Assembly: GCA_000934665.2 (NCBI GenBank)
Contig: KZ537973.1
Location: forward strand, 1 to 64,000
DNA from: Catajapyx aquilonaris
Lineage: Eukaryota
Reading direction: 5' to 3'
DNA: 64,000 nucleotides
Part shown: one piece after another, positions 36,501-48,855 of the stretch
How the letters are laid out: each line of letters starts with the position of its first letter
Position numbering within the stretch: the stretch's first letter is position 1
The notes under the pieces: model-generated
Told to the model about the DNA's origin: nothing
The model's database searches: none
What the model saw: only the letters and a program-made list of their open reading frames with translations
Translations under genes and position numbers: made by a program

Positions 36501-39500
36501 AACATTTTTTAGTCCCGAAATTTTTAATTCTTTCACACATGCATTTAAGTAAATGTTTATCACATTGTGGAAATAGGTACTGCTGCTAGTATTCAATAAA
36601 ATCAAACTCAATTTTGATTTCACATGTTCCAACTACTCAAATGGGGTATTCGTACAATGAGGAATCATGCATAGGGACAATGTAATGTTATTATAGTTAC
36701 TGTTAGAGAACAGGAGACCTCTTGAGAGTTTGCCAGCGTCTATCATTGTCTTAAAAAATAAGATTGGGTGTCAGTTTGAAGTGATAAACTTTGATCCAGT
36801 AACTTATTTGGACTGCATGTAGGAGTCAGTTACATACAAGAACATGACAGTACACCAGAAAATGCATAGGGAAGCTAAGACATTTGAATGTGTGATTTCT
36901 TGCAGTCTTAAGAGTAAACCCTTTGGTGAAGAGGAGACCTTACGTTCAACAATTCCTGCCTTGCCTTTGGAGGAGGTCAACAAAGCAACCCAACAACAAG
37001 AACAAGGAATGTTGGCCAATGCACTTCCTTCTCTCCCTGCTGGCGTCATTCGTGTTGATTCCACGCCCTTTACTCTAGTGGCAGATGACCCGTCCTTTGA
37101 CAGTGACGGTGTTCCCATTCTGGAGAATGACAGTGATTCTGTTGTTGTTGATGAGGTCAGGTCAATAGAGAGGCCACACCTTGGGCCACACACATGCAGT
37201 GATTCAGATTGGAAGGAACCACAGCAACCGACTACCTGGCCCTCTATGCAAGCATCAGCCATGCATTTCACATGCAGTTATTGTCGAAAAGGATTTGCGA
37301 CATTGATGAAGCTATCAATTCATATGGATGTAATGCACAGAAAACTCAGATGTGCCAAATGCAAAACAGTGTTTAGAGGGAAGGACGAGTTGGCGAATCA
37401 CTTAGAAAATGATTGTCATGTAAATCAGCATGGAAAGCGTGCAGTGCAAGGGAAATTCTGCAGAAGGGATGAGCATTTGCAAGAGGAAGGAGGATTGCCC
37501 CCAAGAGGGGAAGGAAAGAGAAGTAAGGCGTCTTCATGAAGTTGTGACTTAACTGACCCAGGGGTCAGGTATTTATGGTCAGGACATTTGTCATTGTGAA
37601 GATGTAGTGTTTGTGTGTCTCTAAAGTGCATGCTGTATGGGTATTAGTTTGATTCTGATCCCCTCTTCCACCATCCATCCCATCTGCAAAGTGAAAAGAT
37701 ATACACACATTCATTGCATAAACATGTGACTGAATCCTTGCAGTGCAGTATAACATTAGAAGAGGTAGTAAATTATTTTATACACTTTTGATATGGTACT
37801 TTTCGGGTTCCTCCAGTGAAAGTTAGCATAGTCATTAAATGCATTTTTTGTCTTTGCCCTGGCATGATATTACATAATCTGTCAGGTATCTGTGTTCTAG
37901 CCACAGTTAATGATACCAGAATGTACATCCCGGAGCATAAAGTTGGAGACGCTGCGGACCTTCATTTATCCGACTTCAATTAATGGACTTTTTTTTGGGA
38001 CCAGTTAGCTGCTTTAGACTTGTGTTCATGTACAGTACGAGGGCTGTAAATAAAATAGTGGCAACACATCTCTAGAAAATCAGTGAAATGTAGGAAGTTT
38101 ACACCGCTTATGTCACAGATAGGTTGGGTATTGATCTAACCTCAGGACATAATGGGATCATCCCACCTCAATATGCGCATGCACAGTAAAAGTTATAACG
38201 TGAGCTGTTGCGACCAACCGGTCTAAAGCTGATGTTTTCCAAATTTGAGCAAAGGTGCTGTTTAAAAATTGAAAATTTGTCATGAAGGGCTTTGACAACC
38301 TTGTTGGGAACATGCATTGTCGTATAGAACAGTTGCAAGGTGGGCAAAATGTGACATATGAGCCCCATCCAAATGGAAGTGAGGGACAAGTGGCTGCTGC
38401 TTCCGCATTGATGGAGAACGATCAGAAGTCAACAGCTCCTGAGTTAGCTAGTGAGACAGGCTTGTCGAGTATGACTATCCTAAACATACATTCTCAAGAA
38501 ATGTCTGGGGTATGACTATCCCAGACCTTCTTCGCACTTTAGACCACTCTCTATGAAACAACAAAACCAGGGCTGCCAACGGCATCATTCAACTTCCACA
38601 TCGCTAATGATGGGTGTTACACAATGCTGGTGACTACATTGAAGGACTCTAAAAGTTTGAAGCTGCCATGTATTTTCAGTCCCAAGTAATTAAATAGTTG
38701 CTACTATTTTATTTACAGCTCTTGTATTTATAACCGTAGTATATCTGATAATGGCGGGGATTGGCAGAGCACCCTGCCGAAGGGGAGCGAGGGCCTGCCA
38801 TCTCCAACTCAGCCGCAGTTTAACTCTCCAACACAGCATTGCTAATATATTCAGTGCAGGCCATATTCATCGCATCTACTCCGACAGACCCAGTTACATT
38901 ATTTTAATTTCAGAATCTTCACTGGTGCAGAGCCTTCCATCAACTTCTGAGCCAAATGAATTGCCTGCAGATCAATCGACTGATGTGCATGAGGCTGCAC
39001 CTGTGCTGCTGAAACTCACAAGAACTTACATGAAGAGAGTCAGGGAGGACAAAAGAGTGATAAAAAAACTGAAAGTGTACTCCAGGTGGGTTATCTCATG
39101 GCACGTTGCTGGGTCACAAGTAGACACGCTGACCTCGTTTTGGTCAGCTGTGGCATGTTTCCTCAAAGAGGCTGGCAGCTCAACTTTTTTTTTCAGCGGT
39201 GCACTAAATCCTATTGTTGTTGTTGTTGTTGTTGTTGTTATTATTATTATTTCTTGCAGTTTTAAGGAGAAACCCATTGGTCAAGAGGAGTCCACACCAA
39301 CAACAATTCCTGCCTTGGCTTTGGAGGAGGTCAACAAAGCAACCCAACAACAAGAACAAGGAATGTTGGACAATGCACTTCCTTCTCTTCCTGCTGGCGT
39401 CATTAGTGTTGATTCCACGCCCTTTACTCTGGTGGCAGATGACAGGTCCTTTGACAGTGACAGTGTTCGCATTCTGGAGAATGACAGTGATTCTGTTGTT

Positions 39501-40179
39501 GTTGATGAGGTCAGGTCAATAGAGAGGCCACACACGTGCAGTGATTCAGATTGGAAGGAACCACAGGAACCGACTACCTGTCCCTCTATGCAAGCATCAG
39601 CCATGCATTTCACATGCAGTTATTGTCGAAAAGGATTTGCAACATTGATGAAGCTATCAATTCATATGGATATAATGCACAGAAAACTCAGATGTGCCAA
39701 ATGCAAAAAAGTGCTTAGAGGAAAGGACAAGTTGGCGAATCACTTACAAAATGATTGTCATGTAAATCAGGATGGAAGGCCGGCGATGCAAGGGAACTTC
39801 TTCAGAAGGGGTGAAAGTTTGCAAGAAGAAGGAGACTTTCTCCCAAGTGGAGAAGGAAAGAGAAGTAAAGAATTTTCTTATCTTATAGCCCTGTGACAGG
39901 CTCTCTGTCCACTTTCACTAATCCACTCTCTTCAGGGCAAGAACAGAATTACTAATGTATTCCATGCAGGACATAATCATTGCATCTAATCCGACAGACC
40001 CCATTTACATCATTTTAATTTCAGAATCTCCACTGGTGCAGAGTCTTCCATCAACTATTGAGCCAAATGAACTGCCTGCTGATCAACCAGCTGATGTACA
40101 AAAGGTTGCACCGGTGCTGCTGAAACCCACCAGAACTTACATGAGGAGAGTCAGGGAGGACAAAGGAGAAATAAAATAA
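30575..40179 (+). CDS. Multi-THAP modular protein (gene C), inverted and internally expanded paralog of gene B; up to about 1390 aa if all exons are joined
   Basis: Exons 30575-30624, 31060-31465 (THAP2), 31600-31933 (THAP3), 32196-32339, 32528-32693, 32790-33047, 33135-33343, 33774-33906, 34222-34751, 35300-35471, 36223-36447, 36906-37522, 38914-39085, 39260-39864 and 40025-40179 (TAA). Phases are consistent throughout; the start exon is uncertain. Confidence 0.65.
30690..30919 (+). pseudogene. Decayed THAP1 exon of gene C
   Basis: Homologous to 25580-25830 (EHFL..., KLAVG, EKVVHLAVV, Q|GTATTT donor), but it lacks the N-terminal C-x4-C half and has an indel after EHF. Confidence 0.65.
35625..35730. 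mobile_element. Short degenerate MITE-like palindrome
   Basis: GGGCTAGTTGTAGGAGCATGAGTTA pairs imperfectly with TAACTCATGTTCCTGCAGCCTGACC. Confidence 0.45.
38038..38724 (+). mobile_element. Internally deleted mariner element
   Basis: TIRs CGAGGGCTGTAAATAAAATAGTGGCAAC / GTTGCTACTATTTTATTTACAGCTCTTG with a TA TSD. Transposase remnants: MFSKFEQR, HTH-like ALMENDQKSTAPELASETGLS, and C-terminal GIIQLPHR**WVLHNAGDYIEGL. Confidence 0.9.
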
Positions 40180-41875
40180 CTGAAAGTGTACTCCAGGTGG
40201 GTTATCTCATGGCATGTTGCTGGGTCACAAGTAGCCCCCCTGACCGTGGTCAGCTGTGACTTGTTGCCTCAAATTAATGGGGACAACCAGATATTTTGTG
40301 TATCAGGATGCAGAAATAAGAATCGTCTGATTCCAGAAATAAAGTAATCTCTCAATGTTTGCCCTTGTTGTCCTAGCATACCACGTCACTTTCATTTAAG
40401 TTTATATGACATCCATTATCGTTTTGTTTCTTAATGCTTTCAAAATTTTGTTGCAGGTAAAATTCAACAACTGCATATCCTACAACTTGAAGATATATCC
40501 GTCCAGCTCCCAAGATTTATCTCGGGAGTCCCATTTGATTCAAGTAACTCAACATATCTGACATAAATTAATGTAAGTTATATTGAGAAGGATTCATTTA
40601 TTCATCTTGAGGAAGTCTAGTCACAATTTTGACTGTTTGCTTTTATTTGTGTTCTAACACAATTTCTACATTCAAATAAATCTGTCTGAACAGTGTTATC
40701 ATAATTACGTATATCCTTTTACTTCTTCTTATCGTCGTAAGACAATAGGGAAGGCAGCTTGCCTTGAAGGTGTCTTAGTATTGTACTCTGCCCTTGATCA
40801 GAGTACTTTTGTTGTTATTGAAGTGAACAGGGAAAGCATCCCTTCAACTAATGGGGTTCTGACCTACATTTTGCAAACCCATGTAAAAAATCGTCCTTAT
40901 TTTTAAATAAATCTTGGTGTTTTTTGTTTGAAGATACACACATTAGCTTTCGACCTATGATCGACCTAAGATCCAAATAATTACATGGTATCGTATTGCC
41001 CTCTGATGTCACTGTTGTCCAAAGATCGGTGCAGAGGCAGGAATGTACCCGGGTTGCTTTGTTCCTTTGTTTGTTGACTAACAACGGAATCGAACGACCG
41101 CAAGTAAAGCCGAATCGAACGGGACCGCCAGTAAATTAGCCGACTCTAACGGCTGCGATGAAACGGCCTTCTGACGTCACTGTAGTCCCCTTGGTTAGGC
41201 AGGAGTGGGAATGCATTAGTGATTCTAAGGACTCATTTTTAGCTATTTTTTGCGGATGGAATTTATTACTTTTCCTCCATCTACATGGTGTTTCAGAATT
41301 TAAATCAGGCCGGCAGAGTAAGCCTATGGCAGAAAAGGGAAAGGTTATGGTCCCATACCAATAGCAATGATTATGCAACAGGCCCATGTCCATATGATGG
41401 GATACCTTGTGCATAACATTTAAAACATTTAGAATGGTGCCATTTGCTTGACTTCCCTTGGTAATAATGTATTAGAATGGAAATGTTCCCACACTTATAC
41501 TGATGTGTAGATATTGAGCTCGCTCGGCATTGTCCAGCCGTATCTGGACAATAGTGATCCATCAGTTCATTCAGAATTCAACACATTGACGGGTAGTATA
41601 ATAACACAGCCAGCTGGATTCTCAAACACTGGCTGTGGAATTTCGAAGCACAACAGTCACTCTTCAGCCTGAGCAGAAAAATCCTAGTGTAAGTATATAT
41701 GCAGTAATTGAACATTTTCTGTGGTTTACTGATGTAGCACTGTAAGTTTGAGTATCAATAGTCATTACAAATTAACCCATCAGGTGCAAACCAGAGACCC
41801 CAAATAGCGACTGGACATACGTGCTGGTCATTATTGAATCTGGACTACAGGAGCAGGATAATACTGGAATCAGAA

Positions 41876-43987
41876 ATGGTGGTTGGGAGTGTCAACATCA
41901 AGTTACTTTATGTGGTGGTGCTTAACGTGCATGTTTTGGCAGCTGCAGGTTTCATGTACTCACATGATGGAAGTAATGGGACTACTGAAGAGCTCATTTC
42001 CAACTTGGTGCATGACATCCTGCCTGAGAAATTGACCGAGTGCACTCTTCTGCTGGCACATGACTTTGTTTATGTTCCGAAGTCAGTGCAAAGGCTGCTC
42101 TCGAATGTCAGTCAGGATTATATACAGACACTCACTTTGTCCCCTCCCGAATCCTTCTCTGTCCCTGAAGACGCATCGCATCGAGATTATTGGGACATTA
42201 GCTCCAAGGAGTGGACCGGTCCTTGTCTGGTGCAGCTGCTCACCACCAGGACATCCGGACTGGTCAACCGGATGAGCATCTTCGTCTCCACCAAGGTCAA
42301 GGTCAGGTTGGACGACGACCACGTCGTCATCTGGACCAGGGAAGACCCGGACAAGGCCATTTCACCCAGGGAGGACAGCAACAACAGCATGCTGGGGATG
42401 AGGTGGAAGGTGGCCGTCAAGCCTTCTCCTGATGGAGGGTCACTGGAGCTGGCCACAATTTGCTTCTTTTGCAATGAGGGAAAGCACTCCAAGATAACTC
42501 TAGGGCAGTATCTGGGACTGGGGGTAGGAGACATGTTTCCGGATACAACGAGAAACTTACATGGCCGGCGAGTAAAAGGTGTTTTTATAAGAAATATCGA
42601 TGGGGATGAAATCAAGAGCAAGCGACATAATGATGGCCTGTTGTCTCTGGACTTTGCCGAAGCATATCTCCTGTTATACAGCGACAAAATGAATTTCGCC
42701 TGGAGCACCTACGAAATGACAATAGTCCCAGAGATGATTGAGAGGTCTCGTCTGAGCAACGGAACGTGGTTGTCACCAATCAAAGACTTGGTGACGGGAC
42801 AAGCAGACTTCTGCTTTGCCTCTTTCTACCAAGGAGAAGACATGTCTCATATTAAATACATGTACCCCGCCGCATACTTCCGCTTTAACTTTGTCACTGG
42901 ATTCCCCAGGCCCCTGTGGACGTGGAAGACTGTCTTCTGGCCTTACGAGCCTGGGGTCTGGGTCTTGATCGCTTTAGCAACTGCTTTTGCAATAGGAGTC
43001 ACCTGGAAACTGCTCAAAATAGAAGACGCCTTGTTCACTGTTCCAGGAAAAAACTTTGGAGACATCGCAATTCACTCCTGCGCAGGTGCATTGGTTGAGC
43101 GGTTGCCCAACGAAGAGTTTCCTAGGGCTCATGCAGCGAGAATCTTTGTCATGTTTTGGTTTTTCGTGGCCATGATCCTGTCGTGTGGATACCAAGAAAT
43201 GGTTTTCGCATTTGTGGCAGTCCCTGAGAAGGAGACTCTTCCAACCACGCTGGAGGAACTCAGCAACTCGCATTTTGAAGTGGGAGCCCATTTGGAATCG
43301 GTTTTGCTCTACAACCTTTTATCCAAGAAAGTGGAAGGTCACACTTACTACCACGAGATTGCTGGAAAATTAAAGATAATGAGCAGCTACACTGAATGCA
43401 TTGAAAAAGCAGCTGAAGAAGACTATTTCAGTTGCATCGGAATTAATTACTTCATGGACCTGGCTAAATCTGAAGTGGTGGACAGCAATGGTAAGCCCCT
43501 CGTTTGGGACAATACCGAACCAACCCTCAATATTTTCACTGGTGCATCAACCCTCAAGGACATCCCAGCCTGGCCAGAGGTGAGCAGAATTGGTGCCTGT
43601 ATAATTGAGAGCGGGTTGTCGGGCTACCTGCAGCACAACGAACTGTACCGTGTGTTCCGCAATTTCCTGAAGGAGGTCCAGCGTCGCCAGTGGTCCAAGA
43701 GTGAGGAAGAAGAAGAAAAGTGGGAGGAAGGGATGTTGAGTGAGGAAGAGGAGGAGAGCAGGCCCCTCTCAGTTAGGAAGCTGTACGGTCCCTTCGTCCT
43801 CATTGTTGCTGGATGGATTGTAACTGTCGCGTGCTTCTTAATGGAGATGTTGTCCAAATGGCACTCACCCAAACGGCCTTCCTTCCCCATCACTGAAGTG
43901 ACACCTGCTGTCCCTGAGCCTCGTACCACTTCAACACCAACTCTCCTCGCGAATGGCGATGAATGCATTTCGCGTCATAGTCTTTAA
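41876..43987 (+). CDS. Intronless divergent ionotropic receptor (IR paralog 3)
   Basis: Intact ORF paralogous to 13020 and 16907 in inverted orientation; first ATG at 41876. Confidence 0.9.
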   Translation: MVVGSVNIKLLYVVVLNVHVLAAAGFMYSHDGSNGTTEELISNLVHDILPEKLTECTLLLAHDFVYVPKSVQRLLSNVSQDYIQTLTLSPPESFSVPEDASHRDYWDISSKEWTGPCLVQLLTTRTSGLVNRMSIFVSTKVKVRLDDDHVVIWTREDPDKAISPREDSNNSMLGMRWKVAVKPSPDGGSLELATICFFCNEGKHSKITLGQYLGLGVGDMFPDTTRNLHGRRVKGVFIRNIDGDEIKSKRHNDGLLSLDFAEAYLLLYSDKMNFAWSTYEMTIVPEMIERSRLSNGTWLSPIKDLVTGQADFCFASFYQGEDMSHIKYMYPAAYFRFNFVTGFPRPLWTWKTVFWPYEPGVWVLIALATAFAIGVTWKLLKIEDALFTVPGKNFGDIAIHSCAGALVERLPNEEFPRAHAARIFVMFWFFVAMILSCGYQEMVFAFVAVPEKETLPTTLEELSNSHFEVGAHLESVLLYNLLSKKVEGHTYYHEIAGKLKIMSSYTECIEKAAEEDYFSCIGINYFMDLAKSEVVDSNGKPLVWDNTEPTLNIFTGASTLKDIPAWPEVSRIGACIIESGLSGYLQHNELYRVFRNFLKEVQRRQWSKSEEEEEKWEEGMLSEEEEESRPLSVRKLYGPFVLIVAGWIVTVACFLMEMLSKWHSPKRPSFPITEVTPAVPEPRTTSTPTLLANGDECISRHSL

Positions 43988-44624
43988 CAGGGCGGCTTGC
44001 ATGAGTCGTTTTATGTCATCAGACTTTCAACACAAAGTGAGACCTTTCCATCTAACTTATGTATAGGCAGCTATCCTGAGACCCCTTGCGTACTATTTGC
44101 CTCCTGATTGAATCACATGATATGGTACCATCCACAGACTAATTTTATGCCTTGACACAACTATTTACTCTCTGTCCATACAGGTTGAATCCAGGTCATT
44201 GTGTGACACAATAATCAATGTGAGATGGTGGCTTTGGGCACCTTATGTCATACTTTATGCCACATGCAGCAGCCATATATCAGCATCTCCTGAAATCTAG
44301 ATTTGAGATATAGAGTGGAAGTCAAAGGAATCTTTTCTTCGCCAAGTTACAGCTCCGTGGAAAACATGGTTTGGAGAAACAATTTCGTCTATTGTTCACA
44401 TATTAAATATTAAAATAGGTATTGAACACTTCTACTCCCACATGCACGTTTTGAAGACAAGGCCAAACAGATAAGAGTGTTACAAAAGAAAAATAGGGAG
44501 TCATTTTTAGGTGTCTTTCACCTGTTGAATTTTGATGATACTATAAGTCACGACAGCATGTCGAGAGGTTTACATACGGAGGTTATATTGTTGGAAAGTT
44601 GTGTGGAGCTGTCTTTGCTGGACG

Positions 44625-46656
44625 ATGCTGGTCATGCTTCACCTTCTGTTGGGCATGCCGTTGTTGGCAACTGGACTGCCGATTGTCACCAGCAGTGGCG
44701 GGAATGACAGAGCGATTGACCTGATGTCGTCCCTGGTGAAGGCTATCCAGGGAGAGAAGGGTGATTGCCTCCTGGTCCTGGGCCACGACTACGAGAGGCT
44801 TCCCCTGGAGATGACGAGGCTGCTGATAGAGGTGTCCGACCAGGGAGGAGCCTGGGCGGCCATCCGGTGGACACGGGACACCCCGTCCCCCAGACCCAAC
44901 AACCCTGGTGGACCGGAAGGGGCCTTCGAGTACTGGTTCTCCTGGCTGGAAAGACCAACGTCCAGGTTCATCTCCACCTGCTCTCTCATCCTCTTCGCCT
45001 ACCACGGTCCCAACCTGGTGCCCCTGGTCAAGTATGTGGCCAGCCTGGTCAGGATGAACCCAAGGTCGGACCGGTTCCTCTTCTTCACTCCAGACTCGGA
45101 CGTGGACCTCGCACTCGTCCACTCCGAGTTGGACTTTCGATTTAAGATGGGACTCGCCTACGACCCACCCTCGCAATACCTCCACATCAGGAACCTCTGC
45201 CACTATTGCGACGGGGGAAAGGCAAAGGTCATGGCAAGAGGGAGGTACCCGGGTCACGAGGTGCCGGATGAGCTATTCCCTGACTACACCACTGACCTGC
45301 ATGGTGCGCACATAAACATGTCATTTCCACTGGAGGTAACAAGGGAAGACGTCGCATACATGATGATTCAGGGAGACCAACCTGTCTTGCCCTACTTCAG
45401 CAACTTTATGGCTTGTAGCAACCTCCTCAACTTCGACTGGCACTCGACGGATTACCCTGAACCAGAAGGCACTCCCATCATGCTGCCAGACGGGAACTAC
45501 ACTGGCCTGGCTGGCCCCCTGCAGAGGAAGGAGGTCATGTGGGGTGCCATGTACTGCTCAGGAGAGGCAATCAAGGTGCTGGATTTGACCACATGCTTTT
45601 ACCAGGTCATCAACACTTATGCCATCCGAACCCCGAGACACAAGTTCTCCTGGACGGCTGTATTCAAGCCGTACACTACAGGGATGTGGGCCGCCCTCTT
45701 CGTCACAGGTCTAGTGGTTAGCCTGTCTTTTTATTTGCTGCTAAAGACATCCGGATCCATTGGCAATCCCTTTCCTGATGATAAAAGACATCCCACGCAT
45801 CTTAGCCTGTACTCACTGAGGTATTTGATTTGCACCACATCCTTTACACTGTTGTTGTTTCTGTTATATTGATTACTCCTTCAGATTCGCCTTTTCTGTT
45901 CTGATCGAAGAGAACCCCAACCTCATCCCGACAGCTACACCTGTTCGATTGCTGATATGCGTCTGGGCTCTAGTGTGTGACGTCCTGGTTTGTGGATACG
46001 AGGCCAAGTTCTTCGCCTTTCTGGTGTCGCCTGAAGAGGAGAAGCTGCCCATGAGCATGAAGGAGCTGGCGTCGACGCCAGGATGGGAATGGGGGGTCAT
46101 GGATCTCTCAAATGAGTACACTTCAATGGTGTTGACTTTGTCGGAAATAGATTACCACAGTGACATAAAGGCGAGGATGAAAAGGGGCGGGGGGATGATG
46201 GAGTGTGTCCAGAGGACCTTGGATGAAGACTTTGTCTGCTTCTCTAATGATGTCCTTTTGAGTGCCATGAGTGTCCAGCAAATGGACATCAACGGAATAA
46301 TACCGATTCAAGTCATCAATGACATGACCCTCGTAAGCCAAGCATGTTTCGGCACCGTCAAATATTCAGTTCTGGAGCACGCCTTTAAAAGATTCGAGTA
46401 CAATTTTGATCAGGCCTTTTTGTACCCGAAGTACTTCTCTCTCTTTGAATACCAATTGCAATTGCTCTCCATCAGATCGGCCCGGGAGAAGAACCTCTCT
46501 TACAAGCCTTCCATGGCTTTGAAATCAAGTCAGCTGCTGACCCCTTTGGTTATGCATGGCACCATCATGGCTCTTGCTTTAGTGGCATTAATTTGCGAGC
46601 TGCTGAAATTCAGATATGGCAAGAGAAAGGAAGTTGTGAACATCTTCCCACTGTGA
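44625..46656 (+). CDS. Divergent ionotropic receptor, 2 exons, about 655 aa
   Basis: Exons 44625-45820 and 45885-46656 (64-nt GT-AG intron, phase 2). Signal peptide, LCHYCDGG, PDGNYTGLAG, WTAVFKPY then M1, CGYEAKFFAFL (M2) and a terminal TM. Confidence 0.85.
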
Positions 46657-48855
46657 CAGGTGGTGTACGTAGGTATCAGGTACTATTACAAGAATGATAA
46701 CATGGCATACAGTGCATAAAATGGTGATGTAACTCAAAGTTATGTGCAGGTAATAAATTATGATCAGTGATGAACCACAAAAGCTACGTTCTTCCTTATT
46801 TCCCTTCTGAAAAAATTGTAAAAAAATATACACAAAATTAATATACAAAATACAAAAAAAGTTTCCGTCACACATTTCTATAATTAGCCTACTTAATCCG
46901 ATTACACTGCTGAAAATATATTTGCCATATCGGTAGGCCTACTACAGAAAGAAACATATTTATAACTACACCAGAGGCGTACGGTACATTATTTTAGAAG
47001 AAAATGGGAAACCTTAGGATTGCAAGAAGAGTCAGCCATATCTGTCCAATTCTTCCACTTATTTTATGTCATGATGGGAAGCGAAAAAGACATCAGTGTA
47101 GCGGCCAACAGGAAGACATGGAACGCAGATGCCACTCTCCATGAGGCTGCAACAAAAGGTTAAAAAGCATGTGCATTTAACAAAGGACGTAGTTACAGAT
47201 ACACTTAAAAACAATACACTCTAATGATTTTCATAACGCAAGTAAAAAAAAAATATTGACAATCTCTATGTTTTAAATAATATCTTTCTTAGCCCATGGA
47301 TAGTTGGCTAAAATAGTATAGAATGCAATGTAAAATAATGGATAGGCCTAGTTGATAAAGAATAGTTCTAGAACCGCTCACATAATAATATATAGAACTA
47401 CAGCATAACATAAACGACAAGGAAAATAATACAAGTGCCTTGTATACATACGATGTCCCACTGTTGACGTGTGTTAAAATATTGTCACTTAACATTATTG
47501 ATGATGTTGTTGCCCACTCTCTGAGGTCTGTACGATTCTGACAATGTTCTATGATTAATAAGGTCTACCTAGAATAATGGCTTCGATGGTGTTTTGTGGT
47601 ATTCAGTGTGTTATCTCCAAACATGACTTGGGAGCTAAATGACTGTAATTTGTGCGTCGCAGCGATAGCGAACCTGAACCACTCAAACGCCCAGCCTTTT
47701 ATACGTCACCAGACCAGTAGGTGTTGAAATTCAGCTTTGACCAACTTCAAGGAAAGCAATTATAATATTATTTGTTGCATTGAGACCTAAAATTTTTGGG
47801 CTCACGTCATGTAGTGATTTATTTAATAGTTATCCCATCCCATGCCCCTCATTCAAATGTCAATTACAGATAAAACGATAACACAATGATATTACCGCTA
47901 TTGTATATTTGATCTCAAAAAACGTTTTATTTTGATTTAAAACATCCGACAAAATATTTAGCTCCGAAGGGCATACATCCATGAAATTGATGAACCAAGT
48001 TAACTTACGAAACAAAGACAAACATTGAACCAAGTACAATATTATATTATTATTAGAGCATTGTAATCCCAGACAGCTCAACAAACTCCAAAAATCGCAT
48101 TATAAACATAATTATATTCTATCGCCAGATAATTTATGTGTGCACCATCAAAAGCAATGCAATAATATTGTTTTGCCAAATTTTGGTAAAAGTGAGAAGG
48201 AAAAAAGTTACTAGAGAAATTCCATAATTTTTTACTGTATTACTACCCACACAGTCTGTGTTGCAGTTGTAATATTATTGACGAACGGGAATGCAGCAAG
48301 ATCAGCGTCACATGAATTAAATTTTGACACTGTCAATAGACAACAATTTGAGAAAATGTGCTTACGTGTATGTGAGTAACAGTGAAACGTATTTTACCAC
48401 AAAGTTGGCTTGAATTGACCCCTGACTGCATCAAGTGTAACTTATATTGGACGATGATGAATATAGTTATGTCTCAAAAATAATGTGAGAAGAATCCTTT
48501 CTCATTGCAGGTATAGGTAAAACGATTGTTTCATATCAGTTCGCGGCATCTGCAAAAATCCACGTGTAGAGAGCAGGTCGACATACTATATACTCATGTT
48601 GTCAGACAGTGCGTCTTGTCCTAGTTTCATGTTGCGATTACAGTCAAACAGGGCGCTTATACCATATAGTGACAAGGTAACCAACATATGACTACGGTCA
48701 TGGATTTAAAACGGCATGCCATGGGAATGTCTGATTCAATAGCGACATTCCGGAATTCTCAAGAATCAAACTGATTTTATTGTAAGGCGTCTTATGTTTC
48801 AGGAATACACAAAATCATTTGGCTCTTCATTAATTACATAATAAGTTTATCTACA

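Larger units (their letters stand above)
16770..44120. repeat. Large inverted segmental duplication, arms about 16.8-26.2 kb and 30.5-44.1 kb
   Basis: Mirror order IR / upstream flank / LINE remnant / module exons / THAP3 / THAP2 / THAP1 / promoter. Non-coding matches include 19230-19330 with 41570-41675 and 16770-16900 with 43990-44120. Confidence 0.85.

Noticed and set aside
38751..39896. 381-aa ORF as a stand-alone gene
   Set aside because: It is two module exons plus an in-frame intron and upstream intronic sequence; paralogous copies show the splice sites.
41080..41145. Short GAATCGAACG..ACCGC.AGTAAA repeats
   Set aside because: Only two degenerate copies; not a CRISPR or satellite array, and no element boundaries found.
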